Shown here piece by piece: positions 10,567 through 21,001 of a stretch of 64,000 nucleotides of DNA; within the stretch, counting starts at the first letter, position 1, and every line of letters begins with the position of its first letter. Where the stretch lies: contig JBGAHS010000006.1 of NCBI GenBank assembly GCA_044226015.1, positions 416,001-480,000 of the forward strand, written 5' to 3'. The position numbers were made by a program, and so were the translations under genes. Source of the stretch: Candidatus Obscuribacteraceae bacterium (GTDB lineage Bacteria > Cyanobacteriota > Vampirovibrionia > Obscuribacterales > Obscuribacteraceae). Below the pieces are notes generated by a model. It searched no databases. It was not told the origin of the DNA and was given only the letters and a program-made list of their open reading frames with translations.

Positions 10567-10831
10567 GACTTATGATGTCCCTCAATATACAGATTAGCTG
10601 CGGCATCCAAGAATTGTACTAATAAGGCAACACAATACTAACCAACAAAAATATAAGAATTTCTTGGTTGATTGCAGTTTGTCTATAAAACTGCACGAAC
10701 GTACAGGTTGATATTTACGCACTTTTCATATCACCCCCAGTAGGCTCGGTTGTATTTACGAAAGTGAGAACTTAATGAACTTTTGTCGGATTTTTATTGA
10801 AGCAACTCTAATACGATTGGGCTAAGCGTCA

Positions 10832-12010
10832 ATGAGTGAACGTGAAATAGCAAAGAATGATTCTAAAGATACGAGAGCTGCTTCAGAGAGTGCTTCTGCA
10901 TTATCTCGCGAAGCCATTTTGCCGCCACCTCGTCCCCGCCATTTGGGAACCTACAAAGTCATTCCGCCCGAGAAACAATTCGACGAGCAGCACAGAACAA
11001 TTGCATTCCTCGATGACTATACCAAAGATGGATTTGGTCCTAGCATCGGGAAAACCAGAATCTCACATGGCGAAATTAGTGCAAGCGCTGCAGAACAGAA
11101 CGGGTTTAACGTCCTGAGGCTGCAGCGAAACCATAAAGCAATTAGATATGAACTGAGTTCTGATTTTTCCTTGCCCCTAAAAGCAATTCACGAAGACATA
11201 CTAGCCGGGCGCCTGAAGATGAGAGCCGGTGACATGTTAAACATCAGTAGCGGTCAGCCGTTTATGGGAATCATGGGACAGCCGTCCTTTGCTGAATTGA
11301 ACGAGTTGCTCAATCTCTCTGGTGAGAAAGCTCTTACAGCAAGAAACATAAACAACGGACATGAGCACTCAGTCATTTTCTCAGCAATGAAAAAGAAGCT
11401 TCTGGATCCAGAGTTAGATCCGCGAGTTAAGCATCGTTTAGAAGATGCACTCAAAGCAAACGAATATGTTCGGAGGATACAAAGCCTCGGAATTCAAGTT
11501 GTGATAGCAGCCGGAAACAATGGTACTGAAAGATTTTCATTGGATTTTCTGTCAGCCAGAAGACGGCTTGCGGCAACAGACAGCGAGGGAAAATTAACAG
11601 ACTTCTCGGCTATCGGAAATGACTCAGGACAAGGCAGATATCGAGTAATGTTTAGGGGCGCCGATTTCTTAGCACCAGAATCGGTGTCATCTAACGCTGG
11701 TGATTATTGGTTAGAGGGAACAACAATTCACTATAAAGCAGACCCGATGGAAACTAGCAAACCTGTTACAGCTGAGGGATTCATTGCTTTGCCATACGAG
11801 GATAAAATGCTTAATCGCCCTATCTTACAGGCAAACAATTTCTCTAAAGGTATATTCGAGGCACCTTTTGAAACAGAACATGTAAAACCCATTGAGGTGA
11901 GTTTGACTAGAGCGCCAATAGCAACAAAATACTTTTTTCTGGAGCACCTCAACGGTACATCTTACGCAAATATTGATTGGTACAAAATGCACCTGAGTGT
12001 GAAACGGTGA
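10832..12010 (+). CDS. Divergent subtilase (peptidase S8-like)
   Basis: Motifs in S8 order: AFLDD (Asp), SHGEI (His), VIAAGNNG (oxyanion Asn), NGTSYA (Ser). No signal peptide. Confidence 0.65.
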   Translation: MSEREIAKNDSKDTRAASESASALSREAILPPPRPRHLGTYKVIPPEKQFDEQHRTIAFLDDYTKDGFGPSIGKTRISHGEISASAAEQNGFNVLRLQRNHKAIRYELSSDFSLPLKAIHEDILAGRLKMRAGDMLNISSGQPFMGIMGQPSFAELNELLNLSGEKALTARNINNGHEHSVIFSAMKKKLLDPELDPRVKHRLEDALKANEYVRRIQSLGIQVVIAAGNNGTERFSLDFLSARRRLAATDSEGKLTDFSAIGNDSGQGRYRVMFRGADFLAPESVSSNAGDYWLEGTTIHYKADPMETSKPVTAEGFIALPYEDKMLNRPILQANNFSKGIFEAPFETEHVKPIEVSLTRAPIATKYFFLEHLNGTSYANIDWYKMHLSVKR

Positions 12011-12062
12011 CTTCACCAGGAATTTTCGCTGATGATTCTTGCAGAAACGGATTAGCAAATTT

Positions 12063-12110
12063 GGCAAATTTTTGGCATTTCTCAGGCATTTCTCTGGCAT
12101 TAAAAGTGGC
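12063..12110. repeat. GGCA-core direct repeats with 11-bp period (candidate operator)
   Basis: GGCA at 12063, 12074, 12085 and 12096 (plus GGCG at 12108), separated by A/T-rich spacers. Confidence 0.55.
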
Positions 12111-12197
12111 GTGCTTGCTTGATTATGGGAATCTCACGATAGACCAGCTGGCACTCCACAAATATGATTCATGCAGGGTTAAGTGAGGGTTTGTAAA

Positions 12198-12437
12198 ATG
12201 TCACATCATCATCGCCATGAAAGTAATGTTGACCGAGACGAGAGAGCTGTTACAAAATGGCTGAATACAATGGAAGCCAGTCTAGCGGATCCTGAGCACC
12301 GTTTTTCCATGGCGAAATTCTCACCAAGGGAGATAGACGCGGTCAACTCTTACATCAAAACACATGGTGCGTATCTAGATAGATACAAAGACTTTTTGCC
12401 AGCAGTCGAGATAGTCGATCACAAGCACAAATGCTAG
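12198..12437 (+). CDS. Small hypothetical protein (~79 aa)
   Basis: ATG 12198 preceded by GAGGG; protein-like composition; terminator hairpin downstream. Confidence 0.65.
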   Translation: MSHHHRHESNVDRDERAVTKWLNTMEASLADPEHRFSMAKFSPREIDAVNSYIKTHGAYLDRYKDFLPAVEIVDHKHKC

Positions 12438-12494
12438 TTAGACGAGTCAATACAGTTGGATGATTCAAATATTCTGATGCATATCAAAAGAAAA

Positions 12495-12521
12495 AACTTG
12501 CGAGCAAATCGCAAGTTCTTT
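12495..12521. terminator. Bidirectional intrinsic terminator
   Basis: AACTTGCGA-gcaaa-TCGCAAGTT with an A-run before and a T-rich tail after, between convergent genes. Confidence 0.7.
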
Positions 12522-12561
12522 CAAAATAAAAGTGTGCCTTTTCTGGATCGTTTAAGAATAG

Positions 12562-13932
12562 TTAGAGAGCTGATATAACTTTCTCAACTTCGTCGAGATG
12601 CTCTAGTCGCGATTTGATCAATTGTTGCGGCAAGCGATTTTGCTTTCGCAGATGCTGCTCATAACTTATGCTTGCAAGAAACCAGGCTGCGTTTCCAACC
12701 ACTGCCATGCTCGTTCCCACAGTTCCACAAATAGAACCTTTGTAGTTAAGATCCATCTGTGTTCTTGGTCTGGTTGGGTAGTGGTAGTATGCCCGTGTTC
12801 CCAAAATGCCTTGGGTCATGAGCAAACTTCCAATCGCCGGACCCATCATTGAATCTTGCAAGGCGACCTTGTTCAAGCGACGCATTGTGTTCATTTCATT
12901 TTCTAATTGCTTAGAGAACAAATGATTACTATCGGAATACATCGCAAATCTCTCTGTTGCTGGAAGTGTGGGGATGAGAGTTCCTGTATCTCCAGCATTT
13001 TTCGACTGAGATTCTTTGATGAGAGCAGCCATCTCGTTGATCGAGTCTTTGCTGCCATTGAACTTCTTCATTTGAGAATTAAACATATAGCGACGCTGCA
13101 ACCAAAGTTGAGCAGAGCACAAGAGTGGAGTCGCCATCGCCATGGCACCAGTAATGGTGAATAGAATGTTCGACGTACCATTCAGTTTAGGATTGCTCAA
13201 AGAAAGCCAACCATACTCTGCGGCACAAGCACCGATTGTGTTATAGCTTGCGTTCATTAGGAAGAACAGGTTTCGCGTTATGAAATCGCTTCTAGCATTA
13301 GTGCTAAAGGTGGCGTACTCATTTACGAAGGTTCCGCGCATAGCATCGAGAATTTTGCCTTCCAACAGCGCTCTATCATGAGCTGGGTGCTGAGCGTTGG
13401 CATCGACTAGCGCCTTACGGCGCGCAATTAAATCATCAATTTCCTTGAGTTTTGCGGCTACAAACTTGTTAGCAGAGGCTGTATCTAATCCCTTATGGCG
13501 CCCTTTCGCATACTGGTAAAAATTCGCAGCAAGTTCATAACCGCTTCCAGAGGCAGCGATAATTGACCCAACCTGCGCGCTTCGCAGACCACGACCCAGG
13601 GCATCTTTGTCAACCGCTAGAAGACGTTTTCGTCCTCTACCAAACTGCTGATCGCCACACACTTCAAAAGCAAGACCCGTAGCGGCACTTGCCTCTTGCG
13701 TGCTCATGAATGCAAGTTTAGCCATAAAGGGTTTCTTGCAACTCTCAAGTCGGTAGTTCAAACTGTACCGCTCGAGCTGAACCCCGGCAAGAAGAATTTT
13801 CTTCGTGAAGCCGGTATATTGAGAGCTAAAATCCTCGTCGCTAGCCAAACATGGAGCAGCGGTTCCTAGCAGCAGTCCAATGGAATTGCTCAGAATCAGA
13901 GCAAGACGTAAACGAGTATTTGTATTTATCAC
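12562..13932 (-). CDS. Exported hypothetical protein with repeated Gly/Ala-rich helical hairpins
   Basis: 456-aa ORF with a signal peptide; its GTG start overlaps the sulfatase stop (GTGA). Confidence 0.8.
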   Translation of the reverse strand: MINTNTRLRLALILSNSIGLLLGTAAPCLASDEDFSSQYTGFTKKILLAGVQLERYSLNYRLESCKKPFMAKLAFMSTQEASAATGLAFEVCGDQQFGRGRKRLLAVDKDALGRGLRSAQVGSIIAASGSGYELAANFYQYAKGRHKGLDTASANKFVAAKLKEIDDLIARRKALVDANAQHPAHDRALLEGKILDAMRGTFVNEYATFSTNARSDFITRNLFFLMNASYNTIGACAAEYGWLSLSNPKLNGTSNILFTITGAMAMATPLLCSAQLWLQRRYMFNSQMKKFNGSKDSINEMAALIKESQSKNAGDTGTLIPTLPATERFAMYSDSNHLFSKQLENEMNTMRRLNKVALQDSMMGPAIGSLLMTQGILGTRAYYHYPTRPRTQMDLNYKGSICGTVGTSMAVVGNAAWFLASISYEQHLRKQNRLPQQLIKSRLEHLDEVEKVISAL

Positions 13933-16373
13933 TTGCTCTGTAGCTCACCGAGGTCGACTGTTACTTTATTGATTTTTCCAGTAAATGCAAAAGGCAGTTT
14001 GGACTCATAGCTTCTGCTTACCGGCAGTCCGTTGTCCTTACCGATATCGAATCCAGCGAACGATGTAGTGAGCATCGCCATTGTCTGCTCAATTCTTCCT
14101 TCAGCTACTTGCTTTCCATTGATATAGAGTCTTTGTGTTCCACCCGCACCCATAGAGCCAGGTTTATCGGAAACAAACTCATACTTCAAGTTGACTTTGC
14201 CTGATGGTAAATCTTCAGATGAAACAATAGTGTCATTCTTGATTCCCATGAAACTATAAGTGAATCGAGGCTTCTTATCTTCAACATATAGGGCATAACC
14301 ACCGAGATAATCGGCGTTAGCCATCAGAACACCATCGGCTCCTGAAGCAGGAACTTCAATATCAGCATTGACTGTGTAGGAGCGATTGAATATCTGAGGA
14401 CAAACAGTTGGAGGGATATTCTCAGTTCCTGCAAGATACTCAAAATGAGTCAGTGCAGATCTTGGCGGTATAAATTTAGGACCCATGTATGTAGACAAGC
14501 CTGCCAGCAAGGGCAAGACCTGATATTTGCGAGCTTCATCCCAGAAAAGGTTTTGAAGTTCCTTTACCTTATCTGGATATTTACCAGCAAGATTGTTTGA
14601 TTGAGAGAAGTCAGTGTTCAGGTCATACAGCTCTACAGGATCTTTATCGGGGTCCCATTGTCCCGGAGAAATCATCTTGAGGCTCTCAGGGTCAATCTTC
14701 CATGGCTTACGTTGAACGCGAGTACTCAGCCACCAACCATCTTTGTACATGGCTCTGTTTCCAAATACTTCGAAGTACTGTTGCGTATGACGCTCTTTTG
14801 CTTTAGGTTCAGCGAAAGTGTAGGCAAAACTTGTACCGTGCATAGGAATCTGCTTGACGCCATCAACCGTTTCAGGCTGGGGAATATTTGCCAGCTCGAG
14901 AATTGTGGGAGCAACGTCTATGAGGTGGGTGAATTGCGAACGGACGGAGCCCTTGTCCTGAATACCTTTTGGCCAGGAGATAACCATCGGATTTCGAGTA
15001 CCACCTAAGTGAGAAGCGACCTGTTTTCCCCACTGAAAAGGAGTGTTACCAGCCCAGGCCCAGGCGCAAGAGTAGTGCGGCTCGGTTGAGGGACCACCCC
15101 AGGCCTGCAGTCCGCCATAATTTTTGATAAGCTCCATTTGCTTATCTGGTGTTAGAGCTATTCCATTCAATGTGGTCATTTCATTGAATGAGCCGGTCTC
15201 CGTGCCTTCCATGCTGGCACCATTGTCACCCCAAATCCATAGAACAACGGTATTATCGGCAATACCAAGTTCTTTAACATGATTCAAAACTCTTCCAATT
15301 TCGAAATCAGTATTTTCCTGAAAGCCAGAATAAACTTCCATCTGCCTTGCATAGAGCTTCTTCTGCTCATCGGTTAAAGAATCCCACGCAGGAAAAGCGG
15401 GGTTACGTGGTGTCAACTTCGCATCCTGCGGAATAACACCAAGCTCTTTCTGGTGGTTGAATACCGTCTCGCGATATTTATCCCAACCCATGTCAAACTT
15501 GCCCTTGTATTTATCAGCCCACTCAGAAGCGACTTGATGAGGAGCATGACTGGCACCAGTAGCATAGTAAATAAAGAAAGGCTGCTTCGGAGCTACAGAC
15601 TGATGTAGCGAAAGCCAGTCGATAGTGCGATCGGCAAGGGCGTGGTTGAGATAGAAATTCTTTTCTTTTGGAACGCCCACAATGGTGTTATTTTCATAAA
15701 GAAGCGGTGAATACTGGTCTGTCTCGCCGCCAAGGAAGCCCCAGAAGTAGGTGAAGCCTAAGTTGTTTGGCCATAGATCAAAAGGACCAGCTGGTCCAAA
15801 AGAATCAGCAGGCGTAAGGTGCCATTTTCCGAAACATGCAGTTGCATAGCCATTCATTCTCAGTGTTTTGCCAATCGAAGATGCGCTTTTGGGCCATGTA
15901 GCGTTGTAGCCTGGCCAACCACCAGCAAACTCCGCCACTGAGCCAAATCCAATTGCATGCTGGTTTCTTCCAGAAATAAGAGCCGCTCTTGAAGGAGAAC
16001 AAAGAGCAGTGACGTGAAATCTGTTGTACTTTATGCCTTCTGAAGCAACTTTCTCAAGATTTGGCGTGTGGGTCATTCCGCCGAAAGCAGAAGGATTGCC
16101 AAAACCAGCATCGTCAACCAAAACCAGTATCACATTCGGTGCACCATCAGGAGCTTTGACCGGATGCGGCCACATCGGGTCAGAGCCTTCCAGCGTTTTA
16201 TTGACAGTGTTAGTAAAAGCTGGCTGAGTGATTGGCAAACTCTTACGATCAAGGTCATCAGCTGCAAGGGCAGCACTGAAAGAAGAACCACACATCGTTA
16301 GTAGTGCTGAAAATAAAACAGCAGACTTACGTACAAATGGCAGAGGCACCGAAGCGAAAATGATTTTTTTCAT
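13929..16373 (-). CDS. Arylsulfatase (Cys-type, formylglycine-dependent), exported
   Basis: APNVILVLVDDAGFG, CSPSRAAL (CxPxR), GKWH, HAPH, GDNG. Likely start ATG 16373 (MKKIIF) rather than 16499. Confidence 0.95.
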   Translation of the reverse strand: MKKIIFASVPLPFVRKSAVLFSALLTMCGSSFSAALAADDLDRKSLPITQPAFTNTVNKTLEGSDPMWPHPVKAPDGAPNVILVLVDDAGFGNPSAFGGMTHTPNLEKVASEGIKYNRFHVTALCSPSRAALISGRNQHAIGFGSVAEFAGGWPGYNATWPKSASSIGKTLRMNGYATACFGKWHLTPADSFGPAGPFDLWPNNLGFTYFWGFLGGETDQYSPLLYENNTIVGVPKEKNFYLNHALADRTIDWLSLHQSVAPKQPFFIYYATGASHAPHQVASEWADKYKGKFDMGWDKYRETVFNHQKELGVIPQDAKLTPRNPAFPAWDSLTDEQKKLYARQMEVYSGFQENTDFEIGRVLNHVKELGIADNTVVLWIWGDNGASMEGTETGSFNEMTTLNGIALTPDKQMELIKNYGGLQAWGGPSTEPHYSCAWAWAGNTPFQWGKQVASHLGGTRNPMVISWPKGIQDKGSVRSQFTHLIDVAPTILELANIPQPETVDGVKQIPMHGTSFAYTFAEPKAKERHTQQYFEVFGNRAMYKDGWWLSTRVQRKPWKIDPESLKMISPGQWDPDKDPVELYDLNTDFSQSNNLAGKYPDKVKELQNLFWDEARKYQVLPLLAGLSTYMGPKFIPPRSALTHFEYLAGTENIPPTVCPQIFNRSYTVNADIEVPASGADGVLMANADYLGGYALYVEDKKPRFTYSFMGIKNDTIVSSEDLPSGKVNLKYEFVSDKPGSMGAGGTQRLYINGKQVAEGRIEQTMAMLTTSFAGFDIGKDNGLPVSRSYESKLPFAFTGKINKVTVDLGELQSK

Positions 16374-16663
16374 AGCACAATTCCAAGGGCATACTTTAAT
16401 AGACGAAATCGCCGAAAGTTTACACGATTCCGTACGCGTAGAAAGACAAATTGAGTCTCTTTCAGCTCGTATAGCTTCAAGCTGAGACCACATTGACAAT
16501 TACGAGCAATGCCCTTTAGCAGAAATAGCAGTAATTCTGGGCCACAATAAAATTGAACAAATGTGGAGACCAAACCCTTGACGACTGCTAATTGTAAAGC
16601 AGAACTGTCTTGCTATTTAGTCGCTAATGTTCAGCTTGCCAACGCGCTTGATCACTTAGACAG

Positions 16664-18934
16664 CTATAAATCAAAACGTGATACCAACTTTTCGACTAAC
16701 TTGTACTCTTTCTCCGCCGCTGCTTTGTCATTTTGCAATTCAAACAGCTTAGCTTTTGCCTCATGCGCCTCCTTAAGAAAGGGATCGACTTTCAGAGCTA
16801 CTTCAATATCGGAATTAGCAGCCGGAAAGTCTCCTCGCGCAATCTTAATGGACGCTCTATTTACATAAACCGCAGCAGGAATAGCATTACCTTTGAAAGC
16901 CGCAGTAATATGCTCGTCTGCCTTGTCCTTCATACCTAACTGATTTTCAACGAGAGCTGCATATGACAGAGTCAAAATAGATCGGGAATTCAGTGCAAGT
17001 GATTTCTTCAAGTCTTCATATGCTGATCGCCATTGCCCGAGTGCTATATAACACTGAGCACGCTCACGATAACCTGGCGGATATTCTTCTAAACTTGTTG
17101 CAGAACTAAATTGTTGGATCGCATCTTCGAACCGGCCAGCTGTTCTATATACCTCACCAGCCAGACGATAAGATCGGGCTGGAAATGTTTCAACAGCTTT
17201 CGCATGTTGCACCGCCTCTTCGGCCTTTTTCAAATCTCCCTTGCAAACCCAATAATAGGCAAGCAAGCACCACTCAACACTTCGAGCATCATCCTCTGCA
17301 CTTGCCTCTTTCAAATAGTCCAAGGCCTTTGGAAAGTTCTGTCTGTCTATTTCTATCAAACCAGCTAGAGCTTCCATGAACGCAGAGCCATCCTCAGACA
17401 TTGCCTTCTCAATTTCTATCGCAGCTTCAGAAAAACGACCAACCTTCTGCAAAACACTGGCGCGCAAGTAGTGATAATATGCGTAATCATTCATCGAGAT
17501 CATCTTCGCCGAAACCTTTAGCGATTCATCGTAGATCTCACGAGCGTCAGATACCCAGCATTTTGCTTCCCAGGCTTTTAACGCTTCAGGGTCAAGTGAA
17601 ATAGCTTTGTCAGCATCTTTCTCAGCTTTATCATATTGAGCTAGTAGCGTGTATTGTATGCTCCGTTCACAATAAGCTTGCAGATAGTCTGGAGTGATTT
17701 TTATCGCCTGCGTGTAATCATCTATTGCGTTTGTTCTCTCATCTCGATCAGAGTGAAGCTGGGCTCTATTGAAATACAATTGTGCATTGTCAGGTTTCTT
17801 TTCGATCAAATCGGTCCATTGTGCTAGAGTCTTACCCTCATAAGTTTCGGGACGTGGAGGTTTTGGCACCGTCGGCGCCACCACTGCCAGCGGACCCGGC
17901 ATCACCGGTGGGTTTAAAAGAGGCGAAATGAACGACCACCCAATTGCTAATATTAGACAGGACAGAAGCGCATAAGCTAAAACACCCTCTCGTTTTTTGG
18001 CGCGATTCTTCTTTGAAATATAAGGTTGAAGCGGTTTACCATTCAGTATCCGTTCTAAATCTATCTGCAATGAAACGGCATCTGGATAACGATTTTCTGG
18101 ATCTTTCTCAAGACAGCGTGCAATTAAATCGCGCATTGTCCGCGAAATACCAAGCGACGCAGGCAGCACAGGGCGTATATCACTCTGATGCTTCAAGATT
18201 ACCAAAACCTGATTTTCAGCTTCGAAAGCTGGCTTACCCACGAGCATTTCATACATGATGCATCCAAAGGAATAGATATCCGAGCGCCCATCGAGTTCCT
18301 CTCCTCGACACTGCTCGGGACTCATGTAGAGGGGAGTTCCTAGAAGCTCTCCCGTTTGAGTCAGTTGAGTCTTATCAACGGAATGCTTGTCGTCGATTTT
18401 TGCAATGCCAAAGTCAACGATTTTAATAAGTTCAGTTCCACTCTCCGTTTTCGTCAAAAGAATGTTGCTCGGCTTCAAATCGCGGTGAAGAATACTTTTC
18501 TGTCTTGCATGAACCAGTGCCTCAGCAATTTGAATAAATAAATGAATGGCACGCTCTTGCGTAAAGTGCTGCTCTCTCTTCAATATTTGATCAAGTCCCT
18601 CACCCTCAATAAAGTCCATAACCAAATATGGTGCGCCGTGAGAGTCTTCACCCACATCGTAAACCGACACAATATTGCCATGAGCCAAAGTTCTAGCGGC
18701 CTTCGCTTCGTTCTCCAAACGTCTTGCCATTAGTTTTTGAGATGCGAGTTGTGGAGCCAATACCTTAAGCGCATAAAAGCCGGTTACCTCAGTGGATTCC
18801 ACTTTGTAAACCTCACCCATACCACCGCTTCCAATATGGTCGACAACCCTATATTTGCCGTCGATTATCGTACCCACAGGCAACACGTGCGCAGCTTTTT
18901 CGTCGTCAGAAAGCTCAGTATCATTGTCTTGCAT
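16664..18934 (-). CDS. Hanks-type Ser/Thr protein kinase with TM helix and C-terminal TPR repeats
   Basis: GSGGMGEVY, ALK, HRDLKPSN, DFG, GTPLYMSPEQ; TM segment; TPR units. Likely start ATG 18934. Confidence 0.95.
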   Translation of the reverse strand: MQDNDTELSDDEKAAHVLPVGTIIDGKYRVVDHIGSGGMGEVYKVESTEVTGFYALKVLAPQLASQKLMARRLENEAKAARTLAHGNIVSVYDVGEDSHGAPYLVMDFIEGEGLDQILKREQHFTQERAIHLFIQIAEALVHARQKSILHRDLKPSNILLTKTESGTELIKIVDFGIAKIDDKHSVDKTQLTQTGELLGTPLYMSPEQCRGEELDGRSDIYSFGCIMYEMLVGKPAFEAENQVLVILKHQSDIRPVLPASLGISRTMRDLIARCLEKDPENRYPDAVSLQIDLERILNGKPLQPYISKKNRAKKREGVLAYALLSCLILAIGWSFISPLLNPPVMPGPLAVVAPTVPKPPRPETYEGKTLAQWTDLIEKKPDNAQLYFNRAQLHSDRDERTNAIDDYTQAIKITPDYLQAYCERSIQYTLLAQYDKAEKDADKAISLDPEALKAWEAKCWVSDAREIYDESLKVSAKMISMNDYAYYHYLRASVLQKVGRFSEAAIEIEKAMSEDGSAFMEALAGLIEIDRQNFPKALDYLKEASAEDDARSVEWCLLAYYWVCKGDLKKAEEAVQHAKAVETFPARSYRLAGEVYRTAGRFEDAIQQFSSATSLEEYPPGYRERAQCYIALGQWRSAYEDLKKSLALNSRSILTLSYAALVENQLGMKDKADEHITAAFKGNAIPAAVYVNRASIKIARGDFPAANSDIEVALKVDPFLKEAHEAKAKLFELQNDKAAAEKEYKLVEKLVSRFDL

Positions 18935-19054
18935 CTCTGAATTCCCAATAAATCTAACCAGCAAGATAGTTATTCCCTCAAGAGGGGCAGAATTTGCTGT
19001 ATATTGAGGTCATATTAATTAGCGTCTTTGCCTGGAGATTAAGAGGTCCTCGAA

Positions 19055-20698
19055 ATGCAAACTCAAGAACAGTCTAAAAAGAAAAAGAAATCAATTCTGT
19101 TATTGTTTGCGTTCGGTGTATTCGCATTTGGGGTGGTTTTCATTATTGGCTCGATAATCTTTCTCGCACCAATATTGGGTCCGACTGTATTTCCAACTGA
19201 TTACATGCGCAGTATGAACAAGGGACTTCAAATGTGGTCAGACAACAGGGAAGAAGCAGAAGAGACGATTCGCGAAGCGATAGCACTTGCAAAAGAAAAG
19301 AAAGCACCTATCTCCGAACAAATGCAGATGAGGCGAGACTATGCTCGATGCCTCTATAACAGTGGAGAGGGAGAAGATGGCGACAAACAGCTTGAAGAAG
19401 CCATAGCAATCTGTCCGCAACCTCCGGCAAAAAATTCGAAGGAAGCAGACGTTCTCACCCACGCTTACCAGGACATCGGAAACGATAAATTTTATAGACA
19501 CATGGAAGATCCATCGCTGCCTATTGGTATAGAGGAGCAAGAAAAATCGTTCAATATAGCCAGAGAAGCATTTGGACCTGACCACGAGCAAACCATTTAC
19601 AAAGAAGCTCTTTTGCCGGTTATGTATATAGAGTCAGGTGATAAGGCTAAAGCTCACAAAATTATGCTGGAGTGCCAGAATGCTGTCACAAAGCCTTCAG
19701 CTAAAGAATGTACATGGTACGTGTTTGCTTATGATGCACGTTTGGCCGAAATGGAACATGATTACAAACGTGCAGTTGAATCCTTCAAACACGCTATTTC
19801 AGTTAGCTCTGGCGATGACCAAACAAACCGCATTTGGTCGGAATTAAATTTGGGTGTGTCAAAGCCAACAATAGAGGATCATGAGTTCGACACCGTGCGC
19901 GAAATGCTGCAGAAAAAGCAGTATGACAAACTGGACGATTGGTATTCTCAGCTAGAGAAAAGCCAGAAGCAACAGGCGGACGGATCGTGGAAAACAAACG
20001 CTTTTCTCACAAAGCTACTTGATGATGAAGCAATTTCTGATTCGGATTTTCAGCAACGAATTTTCGAAGCAAAGACCTGGTTAAAGACCAAACCAAAATC
20101 TGTAACTGCTCGCATTTTGCTGGCGAAACTTTATATAGATTATGGCTGGTTTGCTAGAGGACATGAATATGGAGATCAAGTAAGCAAACAAGGCTGGAGC
20201 AACTTCGATAAACGTATATCTCAGGGAAAAGAGACTTTAGATGCGGACAAGGAAATAAAAAACAACTCGGCCCGAGCGTATTCGCTTTATTCACAGATTG
20301 CTCTGGCCCAGGGCATGCCGAAAAACGAATTTTTATCATTGGTAGAAGAGTGCCATAAGAAATATCCAAAGTATTTGCCGATTGACCAATCTGCTACTAA
20401 CTTCTTGCTGGAGCGATGGTATGGAAAACGTTTGGAAACGGAAGAGTTCATAGAGAAAAGAGCCAATCAAATTGGTGGAAACGAAGGCGATAAAGCATAT
20501 GCGCAGCTGGTCTGGTCAGAACGTCCGTACCTGGAAAATCTATTTGCAGCACAATCACCTATTCAATGGAGCCGAGTAAAGAAGGGCTTCAAACAAATCT
20601 TCCGGGAGTTTCCTCAGGATCAAAACGCGAAATCAACTTACTTCTCTTTGTGTCAGCAAGCCAACGACCCAGAGGCAGTAGCCCTTGCATTCAACTAG
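19055..20698 (+). CDS. Membrane-anchored TPR plus DUF4034-like protein
   Basis: N-terminal TM; TPR-like helices; WLKTKPKS...YGWFARG and LLERWYG motifs typical of DUF4034. Confidence 0.7.
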   Translation: MQTQEQSKKKKKSILLLFAFGVFAFGVVFIIGSIIFLAPILGPTVFPTDYMRSMNKGLQMWSDNREEAEETIREAIALAKEKKAPISEQMQMRRDYARCLYNSGEGEDGDKQLEEAIAICPQPPAKNSKEADVLTHAYQDIGNDKFYRHMEDPSLPIGIEEQEKSFNIAREAFGPDHEQTIYKEALLPVMYIESGDKAKAHKIMLECQNAVTKPSAKECTWYVFAYDARLAEMEHDYKRAVESFKHAISVSSGDDQTNRIWSELNLGVSKPTIEDHEFDTVREMLQKKQYDKLDDWYSQLEKSQKQQADGSWKTNAFLTKLLDDEAISDSDFQQRIFEAKTWLKTKPKSVTARILLAKLYIDYGWFARGHEYGDQVSKQGWSNFDKRISQGKETLDADKEIKNNSARAYSLYSQIALAQGMPKNEFLSLVEECHKKYPKYLPIDQSATNFLLERWYGKRLETEEFIEKRANQIGGNEGDKAYAQLVWSERPYLENLFAAQSPIQWSRVKKGFKQIFREFPQDQNAKSTYFSLCQQANDPEAVALAFN

Positions 20699-21001
20699 AG
20701 ATATACAGAATACATCTCGGATGGTCCAGAATACTTGACCCTTTCGGTCAACTGCACTGGTGAACTGCTTAGACTACAAAATAAGAAGTTTCGAAGATTC
20801 TCCCAACTCTGGCTTGAACTTTTGCAAAATCAGCCCCAAGTCGGCGTGCTGGTGGGGATTGCAATTCTCAACCGAGCTGCATCCATTACGCCTGTCAAAT
20901 AGGTCGAAATTGCTTAAGGGACCGATATTCACACGCTTTCGTAATATACTTAATAGTGTTGGCATGGCAAGTGAGTGAACAAAGGCTGACAAGAGGACTT
21001 T

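Noticed and set aside
16374..16499. Longer sulfatase N-terminus from the ORF track
   Set aside because: The signal-peptide-like sequence starts at ATG 16373; the upstream part looks like promoter DNA.
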